A stretch of DNA of 64,000 bases from Mobula hypostoma (lineage: Eukaryota), in NCBI RefSeq assembly GCF_963921235.1, contig NC_086108.1:5518001-5582000 (forward strand), read 5' to 3'. The position numbers and the translations under genes are program-made. Under the pieces are notes generated by a model. That model did not search any database. It was not told the DNA's origin and saw nothing but the letters and a program-made list of their open reading frames with translations. Positions 36,131-50,980 of the stretch are shown here, in pieces (within the stretch, counting starts at the first letter, position 1; the number at the start of each line of letters is the position of its first letter).

Positions 36131-36873
36131 CCATGGAAGAAAGGGAAGGGAAGTTCGAGAAATTGATGTTCATTCTATCAGGTTGGAGGCTACCCAGATA
36201 GAATATAAGGTGTTGCTCCTCCAACTTGAGTGTGGACTCATCACAGCAGTCAAGGAGGCCAAGGAGTGACATGTCGAAATGAGACTGGGAAGTAGAATTG
36301 AAATGGGTGGCCACCTGGCAAATTCTGCTTTTTGTAGCCATCATCAGAAATCCACACTACCCAGGTCATGCTTTCTTCCTGGGAGACTGCTTTGTTGAAC
36401 ACCTTCTCTCTGTCCGCCACAAAAAGTGGGATCTCCCAGTGGCCTTATATTGTCTGGGTAGCCTCCTACGTGATAGTACCAACATCAATTTCTTGGAACT
36501 CCTAGTAATTGCCCCCACCATTCCCCCATTCCCATTTCCCTCTCTTACCTTGTCTCCTTACCTGCTCATAACCTCCCTCTGGTGCTCCTCCCTTCCCTTT
36601 CTTCCATGGTCTTCTGTCCTCTCCTCTCAGATTCCCCCTTCTCCAGCCCATTATCTTTTTTACCAATCAACTTCCAAGCTCTTTTCTTCACCTCTCCTCT
36701 CTCCCGGTTTCACCTATTGCCTACCACCTTGTACTCCTTTCTCCCTCCTTCCCCACCTTCCTGCTCTGACTTCTCATCCCTTTTTCCGGTCTTGATGAAG
36801 AGTCTCGGTCTGAAATGTTGACTCTTAATACAGTTCCATAGATGCTGCCTGACCTGCTGAGTCAGCAGGTCAG

Positions 36874-36874
<1 letters not shown>

Positions 36875-36902
<28 letters not shown>
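36875..36902. repeat. (TG)n microsatellite
   Basis: About 14 TG units, expanded from the gtgtgtgt tract of a Penelope-like tail. Confidence 0.9.
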
Positions 36903-36904
<2 letters not shown>

Positions 36905-39900
36905 GTTCTGGATTTCCAGCATCTGCAGATTTTTTCATGTTCGTGAAGTCAGATACAACACTATGTAACAGTTTCATCTTACACATTACATTATAACCAA
37001 TGATTCTGCTTATAAAGTATATTCAAATGTTTCAGCTGGATTATTGCAGTTGCAATGACAGCTAAGTGGCTGGTGTTTGCTGTCATTACATGGTAAAAGT
37101 GATTGCAGACTTCTCTGACACAATCTTGGGAAAACTGTGAATCAAGAAAAATTATAGTATTTACAAATTAAACTAGTAACTCAGAATGACCTCTGAGGTA
37201 AGATTGGGGAATGAATAAGATAAATATCTTTTGTGTCTGGTGCTCCTGATGCAGCCTCCTCAACATTGGTGAGACCCGTTATAAATTGTGGGACTGCTTC
37301 ATTGAGCACCTCTGCACCATCCGACACAAGCAGGACTGCCCGATTACCACAGTTTAATTCCCATTCCCATTCCCGTTCCGACATGTCGATCCATGGCCTC
37401 TTGTACTAAGATGAGGCCACCATCGGAATGGAGGAGCAACACCTAAAATGCCTCCAACCAGATGGCATGAATATCAGTTTCTCCTTTTGGTAAACAAATT
37501 CCCTCCACCTTCCTCTATCCCCCACTCTAACCTTTTACTTCTTCTCACCTGCCTATTATTTCCCCTGAGTCTCCTTCTCCTACGGTCCACTCTCCTCCCC
37601 TACCAGATTCCCTCCTCTCCAATCCTTGACCTTTCACACCCACCTGACTTCACCTATCACCTTCCAGCTAGCCTCTTTCCCCTCTCCCCTTTCTATTCTG
37701 GCATCTACCCCCTTCTTTCTCAGTCCTGAAGAAGGAAATCGGGCCAAAACGTAGACTATTTATTAATTTTCATTGATGCTACCTAACCTGCTGAGTTCAA
37801 TGAGCATTTTGTGTGTGTTGCTTCAGATTTCCAGTATCTACAGAATTTCTCCTGTCTATTACTGAGGTCCCCTGGAGACATTGGAATGGTTGAAGGACTT
37901 CTGCATATCAGATGATAGAAAATGCACTCATCTGAAGCAAACACAAGAGTGTAAATAGGAAGACCAAGATGCTGCCATTTTTGAAAAGCCTTTTATTTTA
38001 ATCTGTGTAACTTGGTACATGTAAAATTATATCCCAGATTTATACAAAATGAGAAGATTTTTTTTTACATTTTGTGGAACTTCAGTATTTGGATTAATGT
38101 ACCTACATTTAAAAAAAATCAGGAGACTAACTGCAGCTCAGAGATTCCTGTTAAAATGTCTTCCAGAAAAATCGGGAATCTTTTCCTCTTCTGGAGGTGC
38201 TGGACTACAGCTCCTCAGGTCCTGGCTTAACTCACCTACTTGTGTAAGGCCAGTCAGCAGAGAGACATTATGGGTAGGTCCAAGTCCAGCCACATCCTGG
38301 CTTCTCGTGCTCTCTAACTGCTCACCGGGAAGTGAATGGCTAATAGTTAATGGGAAGCCAAGACAATTCCCCTTCCTCAGCAACATTTATTTATATATTT
38401 ATAGAGATACAGCACAGAACTGGTCCTTTCAGCCCAACGAGACGCACTGCCCAGCAACCCACCTATTTAACACTAGTCAAATCACGGGGCAGTTTACAAT
38501 GGCCAATTAATCTATGCCTTTGGACTGTCAGGGAAACTGGAGTACCCGGAGGAAACCCACGCAGTCACTGGGAGAACATACAAACTCCTTGCAGATGACA
38601 TTGGAATTGGACTCCAAGCTCTGGAATATCTTGAGCTGTAATAAGAGTTCCTCTTGCTGTGGTAGGAGTGATACCTCTCTCTCCTTTGTCAGTGAGAGAG
38701 AGAGACTGTGGCATGTCAAACTTTTGAGATGGACAGTAGTTTTTGATGGACTCTAGATCATGGTCTCTGAGGGCTTTGCTATTGCTTGCATGGTGGCAGG
38801 TGGGGGAAAAGGTGATGCTTTGCTGCGGCTTGTGTGTGGGAGGGGCTGTGGGGTTCTAACATTTTTCCTGTCATTCATTCTGTTTTTGTGGATGTCTGTG
38901 AAGAGTAAGAATTTCAGGTTGTATACTGGAAACATTCCCCGATATTAAATGGAACCATTGAACCATTAACTGCTACGCTATCGTGTCACCTAGTAGTAGA
39001 GGACAAAATTAGTTTTGATGTGGAGAATTATTTCATCCACGTTAATATTTTAAAAAAAGCACAGTTCCCTCACTGTGACATTTATTTCTTTGATGCCAAG
39101 CACATCTCCACATCAGCTCAATCAGCACTGGTGCACCTCACTTTTTGCCTTGGATCTTCCAAACCCTGTGCTATGAACATTACAAAACTGGTCTTTCTTC
39201 GTTGAACCCCACAACATTGATTTAATTTAGACTTACCTCTTTTGTACCATACTTCAACCAGTCTCCATGAATACAACATCCTCCTCCACTACTTTGCTTC
39301 ATTTTAAGGGTGAATGAAACAAATTTAAAATTACTTTGGAATTCAGATTAAATGTTTAAAGTGACACACTGTGCAAAATAGCAAAGGGTGGTGTGTCAGC
39401 ATACGTCCTACACCAAAAATCCCTGAGGCAAAGAATTAAACCTTTCATTTTAAAGAACTATTTAAAAAAAAAAGTAGTTCAGGACATGGGCAAGATTCTA
39501 CAAAACGTAGTGAATATGGCCCAGGCCATCACAGGTAAATCCCTCCAACCATTGAGCATATCAACACAGGGCATTTATGCAGGAAAGCAGCCTCCTTCAT
39601 CAGGGACCCCCACTAGCCTGGCCATAATCTTTTCTCGCTGTTGCCATCAGGTAAAAGGTCCAGGAGCCCAGGACTCACATCACCAGGTTCAGGAACAGTT
39701 ACAAAAAGGGATAACTTCACTTGCCCCATCACTGAAATATTCCCTCAACAATTGGGCTCACTTTCAGGACTCTTTATCTCATTTTCTCAATATTTATTGC
39801 TTATTGAATTATTATTTCTTCTATTTTCTATTTGCAATTTATTATCTTCTGCACTCTGAGTAAACGTCCAAGTTGGACAGTCTTTCATTGATTCTGTTTG

Positions 39901-41544
39901 AGTTCTTATTCTATAAGTTTATTGAGTTTGTCCACAACAAAATGAATCTGGGGGTTGTATACAGTGATATATAAGTACTTTGACAATAAATTTACTTTCA
40001 ATTTTGAGGCTAGTTTCCTGTCCATCCCTGATGTGACATTCTCAGTGCGACTGAGAAGGTGGAAAATCGATACAACACAGGAGGGTTATAGGTTGCTTCG
40101 GGAGGGCAGATAAATGTCTGACATCTGGGTATAAGATGGAAATCACATGTAGAACTACATCAGGTTAGGATCATGTGTAGGACGAGGAGTTAAACCTTTC
40201 CTTAAGGGTATTAGTAAACCAGTTGGGTTTCTCCAAAAGTATCACAGCAGTTTTTAAACTTTTTAAAAATTCAAGATAACAAATTGTTGTGGCAACTCTT
40301 TTCTGAATTACCAGTTGAGTAACCAATATCCACTACGCTAGGCCTGAATAGAGTGGACGTGGAGGGGACATTTCCATTAGTGAAAAAGTCTCGGATCCCA
40401 GGGACAGTCTCGGGGTAAAGCGATACCACTTTAAAACTGAGATCAGGAGGAATTTCTTGAGCCAGGGGTTGAATCTTTGGGACTGATTGCTGCATAGGGT
40501 TGTGAAGGCCAAGTCCACGCTTGTACTTAAGACGGCAATTCATAGTCCTTGATTGGTATGGGGTTAACAGGAGAAGGCAGGAGGATAGGGTTAAATATAA
40601 CAATAATCCTCCAGAAAAGGTACAGGTCCCCGAAGACACACATTTAGAAATAGTTTCTTCTGCTCCGCCATCATATCTTGCCTTGTTTTTCCTTTTCTCT
40701 CTACTCTATTTATTTATAGTAAATGTTATGTAAAACAAATAAATTCATGTTATATACAGTACATCAGTATAATAAATGTGATTCGGCCATGGCCAAATTC
40801 TGCTCTTGTGTCTTTGTCTGGTGGGCTGGAGGTACATCCCTACCAAAGGAGGTGTAAGGCCCTCATTCTCTCCACTGGCCTGCAGGTCACCCTTGGGCAA
40901 GGTGTAGCTCCTGTCTACCCCCCCCCCACCCCCAGGGATCAGGGTCATGTGAAGCCATGGGAACAGGTTGTGGATGGTCGTATGAGCAGTCGGTAAATAT
41001 CACCAGTCCTGGTTACGTGGCCATTGATGCCAGGCAGACAATAAGAGTATCGATGATGGCTGGGGTCATCTGTCCTATAAAGCCCGGAAGAAGGAAATGG
41101 CAAACCACTTCTATAGAAGACTTTGCTAAGGACAATCAAGGTCAATCATACAACATAGTAAATGATGATGTTTTATGGTCGTGTTCATCAGCCAGCCCTG
41201 GATAACAAGAAACTCCCTAGTTAGTAACTTGGATGACAAAACCAGTATTTGAGCATCCAACTCAGATCTTTTATTTCACTGCCTGCTACATCTTCAGTGC
41301 CTATAGGTGTAGGAAACATTCATGTCCTTCCCCCTCAATGTTTATGATAGGCCGCTTGAAGCTGAATTTCAGACTACTTGTATCACGTAGGAATTTGGAG
41401 AAGTTTGGACACGTGGATGGTAGGGGTACGGAGGGCTATGGTCCCAGTGCAGGTTGATGGGAGTAAGCAGATTAAATACATTTGGCATGGACTAAATGGG
41501 CCGAAGGGCCAGTTTCTCTGCTGAACTTCTCTCTGACTATGACT

Positions 41545-42180
41545 TTATTGAATATAATGTGTTTAATTGCGTAACGGTGCTGATGCTTTGCAACAGTTCA
41601 ACTAAGCTAACAATGTTTTGTTGATGATTTTCATTTGTGCTCAGTGTCTGAGGCTTCTCACTTAAGTGTCCAACAATAATCAGCCAGCATTGATGATTCC
41701 AGTCACCCTGATACCGTTTCTCCATGACCACAATGTCCTGGTGAAACCTTTCACCATGTTTGTTGCTGACAGCACCAAGATTTGCAGGGAAGGAGTCTAA
41801 ATGGGAATGCGAAAAATGAATCTTTAGTGACATGTTGCACTTCATGGTTTTGTATGCCTGAAGCTTGCTGTCAACCAGCTGCATGTAGTCTGGTGCTCTG
41901 TAGTTGCCAAGAAAACTTTCAACAATATCCCTGAATGCCTTCCATGTGGTTTTCTCCGGTCCCACTAGAAATTCTTCAAACTGCCTGTCATTGATGACCT
42001 GTTTGATTTGTGGACCAACAAAAATGCATTTCTTAATCGTGGTATCAGTTATTCTGACTTGAATTATGAATTGAAATGACAAATACAGGTGATTTTAAAA
42101 CAAATGTTGGATAAGGAAATCTCATGGTGTTTTTTGTGATCAGCAGCCCAAAATCCATAGGCTACATCCCAAAATATCCA
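41545..42180 (-). mobile_element. Chapaev3-like (CMC superfamily) transposase C-terminal fragment
   Basis: IFVGPQIK...FLGNYR...MSLKIHFSHSHLDSFPANLGAVSNKHGERFHQDI..MEKRYQG. Confidence 0.72.
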
Positions 42181-44116
42181 GGCTTAGTTGTTCAGAGAAA
42201 TCGTTTAATAACACATCCAAAACCCTACATGACTCTAAAATTATTGAATGTTAATTCCCTTCAGCACATTGGAATGAAAAGCTAAATATACAACAGCTGA
42301 AAATAAAATTAAAGTCCTTTGATAAACCCAGCGTAATAAATGTGTGTTTTAAACTGTGCCAGTGACCAGTGTCTCGGTTTTGCTCCTGACAGGGGTTCCC
42401 CACTTGTGGTCCATGGACCCCCTGCTTAATGGCATGGTCCATGGCATTAAAAAGGTTGGAAACCCTAATTGTGCGGGATGAACCGGGTGCTACCCGCACC
42501 CTGTACTTTGCAGTTTTGCAGCTATTTGTGAGCATCCAAGCTCCTCTTCATCAGGTTGGGAAACTCTTTGGCATCTTGCTCCACCTAAGATCAGACCATG
42601 CCTACACAATTGCTTCACCTAAAGGCGGCAGTTTACAGTACAATGCCTCGTGACACTTGACTGGGGATTTCAGTTTCCTTTTTCAGGAGTACTCACAAGC
42701 TCTAGTGTGTCGACTGAAGATTCCAATGGGCTGGGGAGATGTCTGGGCCATATACATGTATATTTGTGTGGTCATATTTTAAAATACATTCTATATGGGC
42801 CTATTGTTTTTATGTGCGACAGCTGGGCCTCAAGCCATGTTGCCGCCCAAGTGTGGGGAGGGGCATTGGGTCTGATGCGCTCCACTAGGGCCAGGTGTGG
42901 TGCTGCACCCCCCCACCCCCCGCCGTGTTTGCTCGGTGGGAGATGGCTCTATTGCGGTCAACTGTGGATTGACCGCGCAAGTTTTTGCCTCTTTTATTGT
43001 GCGATTGTGATACCATTTGTGCTTGCCATCTTATGTGTGCTGTATGTGACTGTTGGTGTTGTGTTTTGCACCTTGACCCCGGGGTAATGCTGTCTCATTT
43101 GGGTATTCATATATGGTTGAATGAGAATTAAACTTGACTTGAACCAAAATGAACTGAAATTGAATTGAGTAACTGGTGCTCAGACCAAAAGGGTTGCCGG
43201 CTTTAGTCTGGGGCTGGTAAATTTAACGCAATTGCTGCAATGCTGTAATATCATGGAAACAAAACAAAAACTCATAATAATTTTAGGGCAGAAATTTATA
43301 GTAGGGGGTGCCTGAAGGCAATCTGGTGTACACTACCTGAGGGACTGGTGAAAGCACTTATGTATTTTACAACACTCACGTATCTGGATAGTTCTTAGAC
43401 CATCACAGAGTAGAAGGATGAGAACCAAACGCACTTGGTCTGGATGGGACCCTGGTGGCCAGCATGGGCACGGTGTTCTGAAGGGCCTGTATCTGTGCTG
43501 CACTACTCTGAGCCGAAGAGTCACATCGCACAGAGATTCCCAGCTGGAAACTGCTGGTGTACATTCCAGGTCAACGCAATCCCTAGTCAACAGCTTCATC
43601 ACCAAAGATAAAATGGCAAAAGAGTGCCTAAGAGAACCAACACTGCCAGGACATTATTCTCCCAATTTTATGCCTCTTGAACAGATATGAGATATTCAAC
43701 TGTGGAGATGCCATATCCTAGTTTGACATATAAAACAGGAAACGGTAAGCTGACCAGCAATTAGAAAAGCTCTTGATGCCCGTGAGGTATTATAGGCTAG
43801 AACAGGTCATTCCTGCAGCTAACTCCATGCAAATCACAAAATGCGAGGATACCGGCGATATAATACCCAGAGGGTTCCACTCCTGTTCAAACAATGGAAG
43901 GTGAGTCCAAAGCACCAGTGTAATTGGCCAATTAAATCAATCTTTTGAAGTGAAATAGAAGTGGCGAGACCTGTTTCATGGTTGGGGCATACTGTGTACA
44001 CAAAACCACAACATCTTCTCTTAACAGTCCTCAACAAATGTGGAGTGAACTCAGACATACTGAGAAATCTGAAACTTAGTAAAAGAGAGATTTAATAGAA
44101 ATGCATTCAAATCCTG

Positions 44117-44243
44117 TCATTCCCTGTCCAACTCCGTTTCCATATCCTCAATTTCCACCGGCTCCTCCTCATCGAAGTATCGCTCCTCTTCGTCACGATT
44201 CACAATGTCAAGGTTGTCAAAATCTGGGTTGTCGTCAACAGCA
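44117..44243 (-). CDS. CCDC97: CCDC97 last coding exon
   Basis: Acceptor cctttcag|T; 127 bp. Encodes [41 protein letters not shown] then TGA, matching the conserved CCDC97 C-terminus. Confidence 0.94.
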
Positions 44244-44344
44244 CTGAAAGGGGAAGGGGAGGGATCTTAAAATAACAACTTCTATGGAGGTTTTCTAAAC
44301 AGTATTTATTAAAATGAGTGTTATCTGCCGAGTGCTTTATTTAT

Positions 44345-45530
44345 TTAATGCGATGCAGCATGGAATAGGCCCTTTGAGCCGAGCTACTCAGCTAGCCACC
44401 GATTTAGCCCGAGCCTAATCAGGGGATACTTTGCAATGACCAATTAACCTACAAGCAGAGAACATACAAACTCCTTATAGACAGTGGAGGGATTTGAACA
44501 CCAGTCTTTTTATTTATTAAGGGAACAGGCCTTTCCAGTCCAACTAGCTGTACCGCCCAGCAACCCACCAATTTAATCTCAGCCTAATCATAGGACAATT
44601 TACAATGACTAATTAATCTACCAACTGGTACATCTTTGGACTGTGGGAGGAAACCGTAGCACCCAGAGGAAACTCACACAGTCACAGGGAGAACATACAA
44701 ACTCCTTACAGGCAGTGGCGGGAATCGAACTTGAAACCTTTTCAATTTATTTAGAGATACAGTGTGGAACAGGCCTTTCCGGCCGACTGAGTCACACCCC
44801 CCAGTAACTCCCAATTTTACCCTAGCCTAATCACAGGACAATTTACAATGACCAATTAACGTACCAACTGGTACATCTTTGGACAGAGAGAGGAAACTGG
44901 AGCACCTGGTGGAAACCCACATGCACACTGGGAGATCCTACAAACTCCTTATGCGTAACATTGGGATTTGAATCTGGGCCGCTGGTACAGTGAAACGTTG
45001 TGCTAATTTTATTCCTGTGTGAACCCAGATCACAAATCACTTCCATTTATTCTGCAGCTCTCAGAGCTACAGGATTTTGCAAAGTGCTTTACCACCACCG
45101 ACGACTATCTGAAATGCAGTCACGTTGTGGCACGGAGTGGTGAATGCAGCAAGCTTCCGGAGCAATACAACAAGCATTGGTTATTGGTCAAGAGGTTTTT
45201 TTATTTAGAGATACAGCACAGGTCCTGCCAACCCAACAAGCCCGTGGCACCCAAATACACCCATGTAACTGATTGACTTTCCAGCCCATACATCTTTGGA
45301 CTGTGGGAGGAAACGAGAGCACCTAGAGGATACCCACACGGTCGGATGGAAAAGGTACAAACTCCTTGCAGACAGTGCCGGGAACTGAACTCCAGTCTTT
45401 TTATTTATTTAGAGATAAGAGTGTGGAACAGGCCTTCAGGTCCAATGAGCTGAACTGAACCCTGATCTTCCAGCTGATACAGTAACAGTGGGTATTACGC
45501 TAACCACTTTACAAACGTGCTACTCTACAA
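44345..45530 (-). mobile_element. Cluster of about 4 V-SINE-like elements and associated tails (others about 19560-19990, 24440-24700, 38400-38640, 53200-53465)
   Basis: Recurrent tttggactgtgggaggaaac...agcacc..gaggaaacccac...acaaactcctt core. Confidence 0.6.
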
Positions 45531-48500
45531 CTTCCCCTGCTTCCAATTGTCATGAAGCTGGAAGTTGCATGAATCTTTACAACCTTTTTTTAAAAATATA
45601 AATGTTATGGACCAATACCATTAAAGCAAAGGGTCTGTGGACCTGAGGTTGGGAACCCGGCTTCACAGCTTGCTTGACGTTGTTTTTTCAACCTAGTCCC
45701 TACGGGTAACTTACTGACTGCATGAGCGTGGTATTGCACATGGCACGTTAAGGGTACTGACGGCGGTGATCAGTTGGATGGCACTGAGGGACTGACAGTT
45801 GAAGGTGGATTTGCTGCAGCTCTGAAGTCGGGTCACTGGTTCTGTAGTAGCATTACGCTACCATGCCACCTCTAATAATGCACTGGTGCTACACTAGACC
45901 GTTCAGGGATCCTCTCGGTTAATGGTCGGGGGTCAATGGCATAGAAAAGGCTGGGAACCCTGGTTTATTGTTAATTTCTTTCCAGCTTGACAATTAATTA
46001 CCTGCTTGTATTTTTTATAATGATAGGTTGATAGAGTCGTAAGGAAGGCTTTTGGCATGTTGGCTTTCATAATTCAAAGTACTGAGTACAGGAGATGGGA
46101 TGTTATGTTCAAGTTGTACAAGACATTGCTGAGGCCTAATTTTAAATATTGCGTGCAGTTCTGGTCACAGGACAGATGTAAATAGGTTTGGGTTGAAAGA
46201 TTACAGACAAAATCTACAAGGATGTTGCCAGACTGAAAGACCTGAGTCATAAGGAAAGATTGAATAGGTTAGGACTTTATTCCTTAGAAGGTAGAAGATT
46301 GAGAAGAGATTTGATAGTGGTATAAAAATGTGAGGGAAGTATAGATAGGATAAATGCAAGCAGGCTTTTTCCACTGAGGTTGGGTGGAACTACGACCAGA
46401 GGTCATGTGTTACGAGTGAAAAGTGAAAGGTTTAAGGGAACATGAGGGGAAACTTCTTCGTTCAGAGGGTGGTGAGTGTGTGGAATGAGCTGCCAGCACA
46501 AGTGGTGCATGCAAGCCTGATTTCAATGTTCAAGAGAAGGTTGGATAGGTACAAGGATGGTAGGGATATGGAGGGCTAAGGTCACATGCAGGTTGATGGG
46601 AGTAGGCAGTTAATAATGCTTGGCATGGACCAGATGGGCCAAAGTACCTGCTTCTGTATTGTACTTTTCCAATGCTCTACTTACATACATGTAACTGTTT
46701 CGTATGTTTCCTAGTGGCCACAGTATGTATATGCAATTTTTTCAGTGTGTTCCCTTGTGGTTACATTTTTATGATTCTGGAAGTTTCTCTTGGTACTGCA
46801 TTATACGAAACGTGGCTATCTGATTGGTTAACTCTTATCCACAAATTTAAACGGAATGTTTCTCATCTACATGCATGTTATATGAGAAGGATTGACCACA
46901 AAGCTCTGTCCTCCTTTGCTTCTCTCTCCCTTCATTTGTTGGACTTCTATCACTGTCCGTTTTTCAAATTTCTTTGTTCTAACAGTGCTTAATAAAATTA
47001 TTGTGAAGAAACAAGCTTGCGGCTCTCTTCTGACTTCTGAAAGAACCTTGGATTAAAAAACATCAGAATCCAATGACACTCTACAACTCTCAACAGTGAT
47101 CATGAGAAAGATGCAGACATGATTTAACCTCTCATCTGACAGATGAGATTTCTGAGAAAGCAGCATTGTACTGGGGTGTCAGCCTTTTAACCACAAGTTT
47201 CTGACTCAGAACCATTAGTCTGCGACTGACTGAGCCACAGCTGAGAGAGCCTCACGTCTCCGAAATGCTACAAGTTACAAATTTGCATTGGAAGTGAAAC
47301 GATATGTTGTTTCTTTTCGGTTAATCTAATAGATTACTTTCAAGGATGTGAACAAGAGCCAAGAAATCTGGCAAGCATTTATTTTCACATGTATCAAAAT
47401 ACACAGAGATAATGGACTACAGTGTTTTTTTTTGTTTTAAATAAAAGTTAGGGGCAAACCTCCAGAGCAGGATATCATTTCATAGGATAGCAGACAAAAT
47501 GAAGACAATGACGACGATTTTTCCCAGGGGAAGTGGCAAGACGTCACATAGCCAGTTGTTGGACTCCAAAGTTTATAATCCAAGGTTCTTTTTGGAAGTC
47601 AGGAAAGAAGCACAAAATTTGTTGCTTCCCTGTCATTTTATTAGGTGTTAATAGAACAAATAAAATTGAAAGATGGACAGTGATAGAGGAGTCACAATCA
47701 TGAGGAAATCTGCAGATGTTAGAAATCCAAGCAAAACACACAGAAAATGCTGGAGGAACTCAGCAGGCCAGGCAGCATCTATGGAAAAGGGTAAACATTT
47801 GATGTTTTGGGCCGAGACCCTTCATCAGGACTGATGGAGGTCTAGTAAGTGAAGGCAGTGAGAAACAAAGAATGACAGAGCCTCGTAGTCAACCCTTCTT
47901 ACGTGACATACATGTAGATAAAAAACATTCAATTTAAATTTGTAGATGAGAGTTAACCAATCAATTAATTTCTTCCTGAAATGCATCCACTGTTGCAACT
48001 GAGGAAATACTGTGGCCAATTTATAAGCAGCAAGCTTGCAAAAACAGTGCAATAACGGCTGCAACATAGTTTAGTTTAGTAATCATCAAAACAATGAGAT
48101 GGTAACTTTTATCCAACTGTTGCTGGATGGCACTTTACTATCTTATGCTTTTCTAACAAAGCAGCACTCGCTCATGTCAGAGATATTGATGCATTTGCAA
48201 AGAGGGCACGCCAGTGGCTCGATTTCTTTCAAGATGCTAGAAGAACTCAGCAGGTCAGGCGGCGTCTATGGAGAGGAATAAAGAGTCGAAGGTTTGGACT
48301 GAGACCAGTCATCTGGTCCTGTGCGTATTGCTCTGGATTTCTAACATCTGCAGATTCTCTTGAGGCTATATTGCATTAAGGGTTTGAGGAAATTTGCTTT
48401 GGCACCAAAGACTCTAGTAAATCTCTACCGATGCACCGTGGAGAGCATTGCTCTGCTTGCATCGCTGGTATGGAGGCTCCAATGCACAGGATTGGAAAAA

Positions 48501-48799
48501 GCTGCACTGGGTTGTAACTCACCCGGCTACATCATGGGCACCAGCCTCCCCACCACTGAGTACATCTTCAAAAGGTGATGCCTCAAAAAGGTGGCATCCA
48601 TAATTATGGGCCCCCACCACTCAGGACATGCCCTCTTCTTATCACTACCATCAGGAAGGAGGTACAGGAGCCTGAAGACACACTCAATATTTAAGGAAAA
48701 GTTCCTTCCCCACTGCCATCCGATTTCTGAGCAGACAATAAACCACAAACATGACCTGGCTATCTTTGCTCTCTTTTGCGCTACTTATTTATTGTTCAT

Positions 48800-49967
48800 A
48801 CACACTCTGTGGCCACTTTATTAGGTACAGGAGAGGGGCCTGGTGTGGTCTTTTGCTGCTTCAGCCTACCCACTTCAAGGTTCGACATGTTGTATGTTCA
48901 GAGATGCTCTTCTGCACACCACTGTTATAATGTGTGGTTATTTGAGTTACTGTTGCCTTCCTGTCAGCTTGAAGAAGGCGAATGCAATGTTGGCATTCAT
49001 TTCTAGAGGAATAGAGTATAGGAGCAGGGATGTGATGTTGAGGCTCTATAAGGCGCTGGTGAGACCTCACTTGGAGTACTGTGGGCAGTTTTGGTCTCCT
49101 TATTTAAGAAAGGATGTGCTGACGTTGGAGAGGGTACAGAGAAGGTTCACTAGAATGATTCCGGGAATGAGAGGGTTAACATATGAGGAACGTTTGTCTG
49201 CTCTTGGACTGTATTCCTTGGAGTTTAGAAGAATGAGGGGAGACCTCATAGTAACATTTCGAATGTTGAAAGGCATGGACAGAGTAGATGTGGCAAAGTT
49301 GTTTCCCATGATGGGGGAGTCTAGTACGAGAGGACATGACTTAAGGATTGAAGGGCGCCCATTCAGAACAGAGATGCGAAGAAATTTTTTAGTTAGAGCG
49401 TGGTGAATCTATGGAATTTTTTTGCACGGGCGGCAGTGGAGGCCAAGTCATTGGGTGTATTTAAGGCAGAGATTGATAGGTATCTGAGTAGCCAGGGCAT
49501 CAAAGGTTATGGTGAGAAGGCAGAGGAGTGGGACTAAATGGGAGAATGGATCAGCTCATGATAAAATGGCGGAGCAGACTCAATGGGCCGAATGGCTGAC
49601 CTCTGCTCCTTTGTCTTATGGTCTTATGAACCAGTCTGGCCATTCTCCTCTGACCTCTCTCATTAACAGAACGGCCACCCACTGGATGCTTTTTGCTTCT
49701 TGCACCATTCCCTGTAAACTCTAGCGCTTGTTGTGTGTGAAAATCCCAGTTCAGCAGTTTGACATACTCAGACCACCCCATCTGGCACCAACAATCATTC
49801 AATGGTCAAAGTCACTTAGATTATATTTCTTCCCTATTCTGATGTTTGGTCTGGACAACAACTGAACCTCTTGACAGTGTCTGCATGCTTTTATGTACTT
49901 AGTTGCTGCCACATGATTGACTGATAAATATTTGCAAGTGTACCTAACAAAGTGGCCACTGAGTGCA
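48800..49967. mobile_element. Tc1/mariner-like MITE containing a young CR1 insert (about 48972-49627, +)
   Basis: TIR cactctgtggccactttattaggtaca / tgtacctaacaaagtggccactgagtg. CR1 ORF KKANAMLAFISRG...; removing the CR1 restores gtcagcttgaaccagtctg. Confidence 0.8.
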
Positions 49968-50224
49968 CTTTTCTGCTGCTGCAAACAACAAATTTCACGT
50001 GTAATTGATAATAAACCTGGTGCTGATGCCACAGATGAAAGAGACAGAAGCCCTCAGCAGAAAAGGTATTCAAGGGAAGATAATGATTTGAAATCCATGG
50101 AATGAACAGTGATGCAAAGTGGTGAACTGTCTTGTTGCACAGGAAGCAACCTAACAGGTGGTTCTTAGGACCCAGAGGGAGAATGATCAGAGAAGATTGA
50201 TCATTAAGATGTCAACAGAAAGTG

Positions 50225-50980
50225 GCCATAAGATATAGGAGCAAAATTAGGCTATTTGGCCCATCGAATCTGCTCCGCAATTTCATCAGGGGTGATCCAA
50301 TTTTCCTCTCAGCCCCTGTTACCTGCCTTCTTCCCGTATCCCTTCATGCCTTGGCCAATGAAGAATCTATCAACCTCTGCCTTAAATATACACAAAGGCA
50401 GACTCCAGGGCTGCTGGTGGCAAAGAATTCCACATATTCACCACCCTCTGGCTAAAGCAATTCCTCATCTCTGTACGAAAAGGCTGCCCCTCTATCCTGA
50501 GGCTGTGTCCTCTGGTTCTAGACTCTCCCACCAGAGGAAACATCCTCCACATCCACTCTATCAAGACCTTTCAACATTTTAAATGTTTCAATGAGGTTAC
50601 CCTCTCATTCTTCTGAATTCTGGTGAATACAGGCATGAGGTATCAAATGCTCTTCATACGACCTGCCGTTCAATCTTGGAATCATTTTTGTGAACCACCT
50701 TTGAACTCTCTCAAAGTTCTTTGAAAGCACAACCTATCTCAGGAGCCCAAAACCGCTCACAATTCTCTGTGAGGCCTCAACATTACATCCTTGTTTTTAT
50801 ATTTGAGTGCTCTTGAAATGAATTCTAACATCATATTTGCCTTCCTCACCACTGGCTCAACCTGCAAATTAACCTTTGGGGAATCCTGCATGAGGATTCC
50901 CATGTCCCTTTGCAACTCAGATTTTTTAATTATCTCTTCATTTAGAAAATAGTCTACGCTATTATTTCTTTTACCAAACA
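50225..50980 (-). mobile_element. CR1 3' fragment (also about 55083-55470 -, 55790-56765 +, 63855-64000 -)
   Basis: FPLVGESRTRGHSLRIEG..FRTEMRNCFSQRVVN.WNSLP. Confidence 0.8.

Noticed and set aside
38049..38510. 153-aa ORF or a hidden exon in unique sequence between the genes
   Set aside because: No recognisable homology, the ORF runs into SINE sequence, and there is no convincing splice pair.
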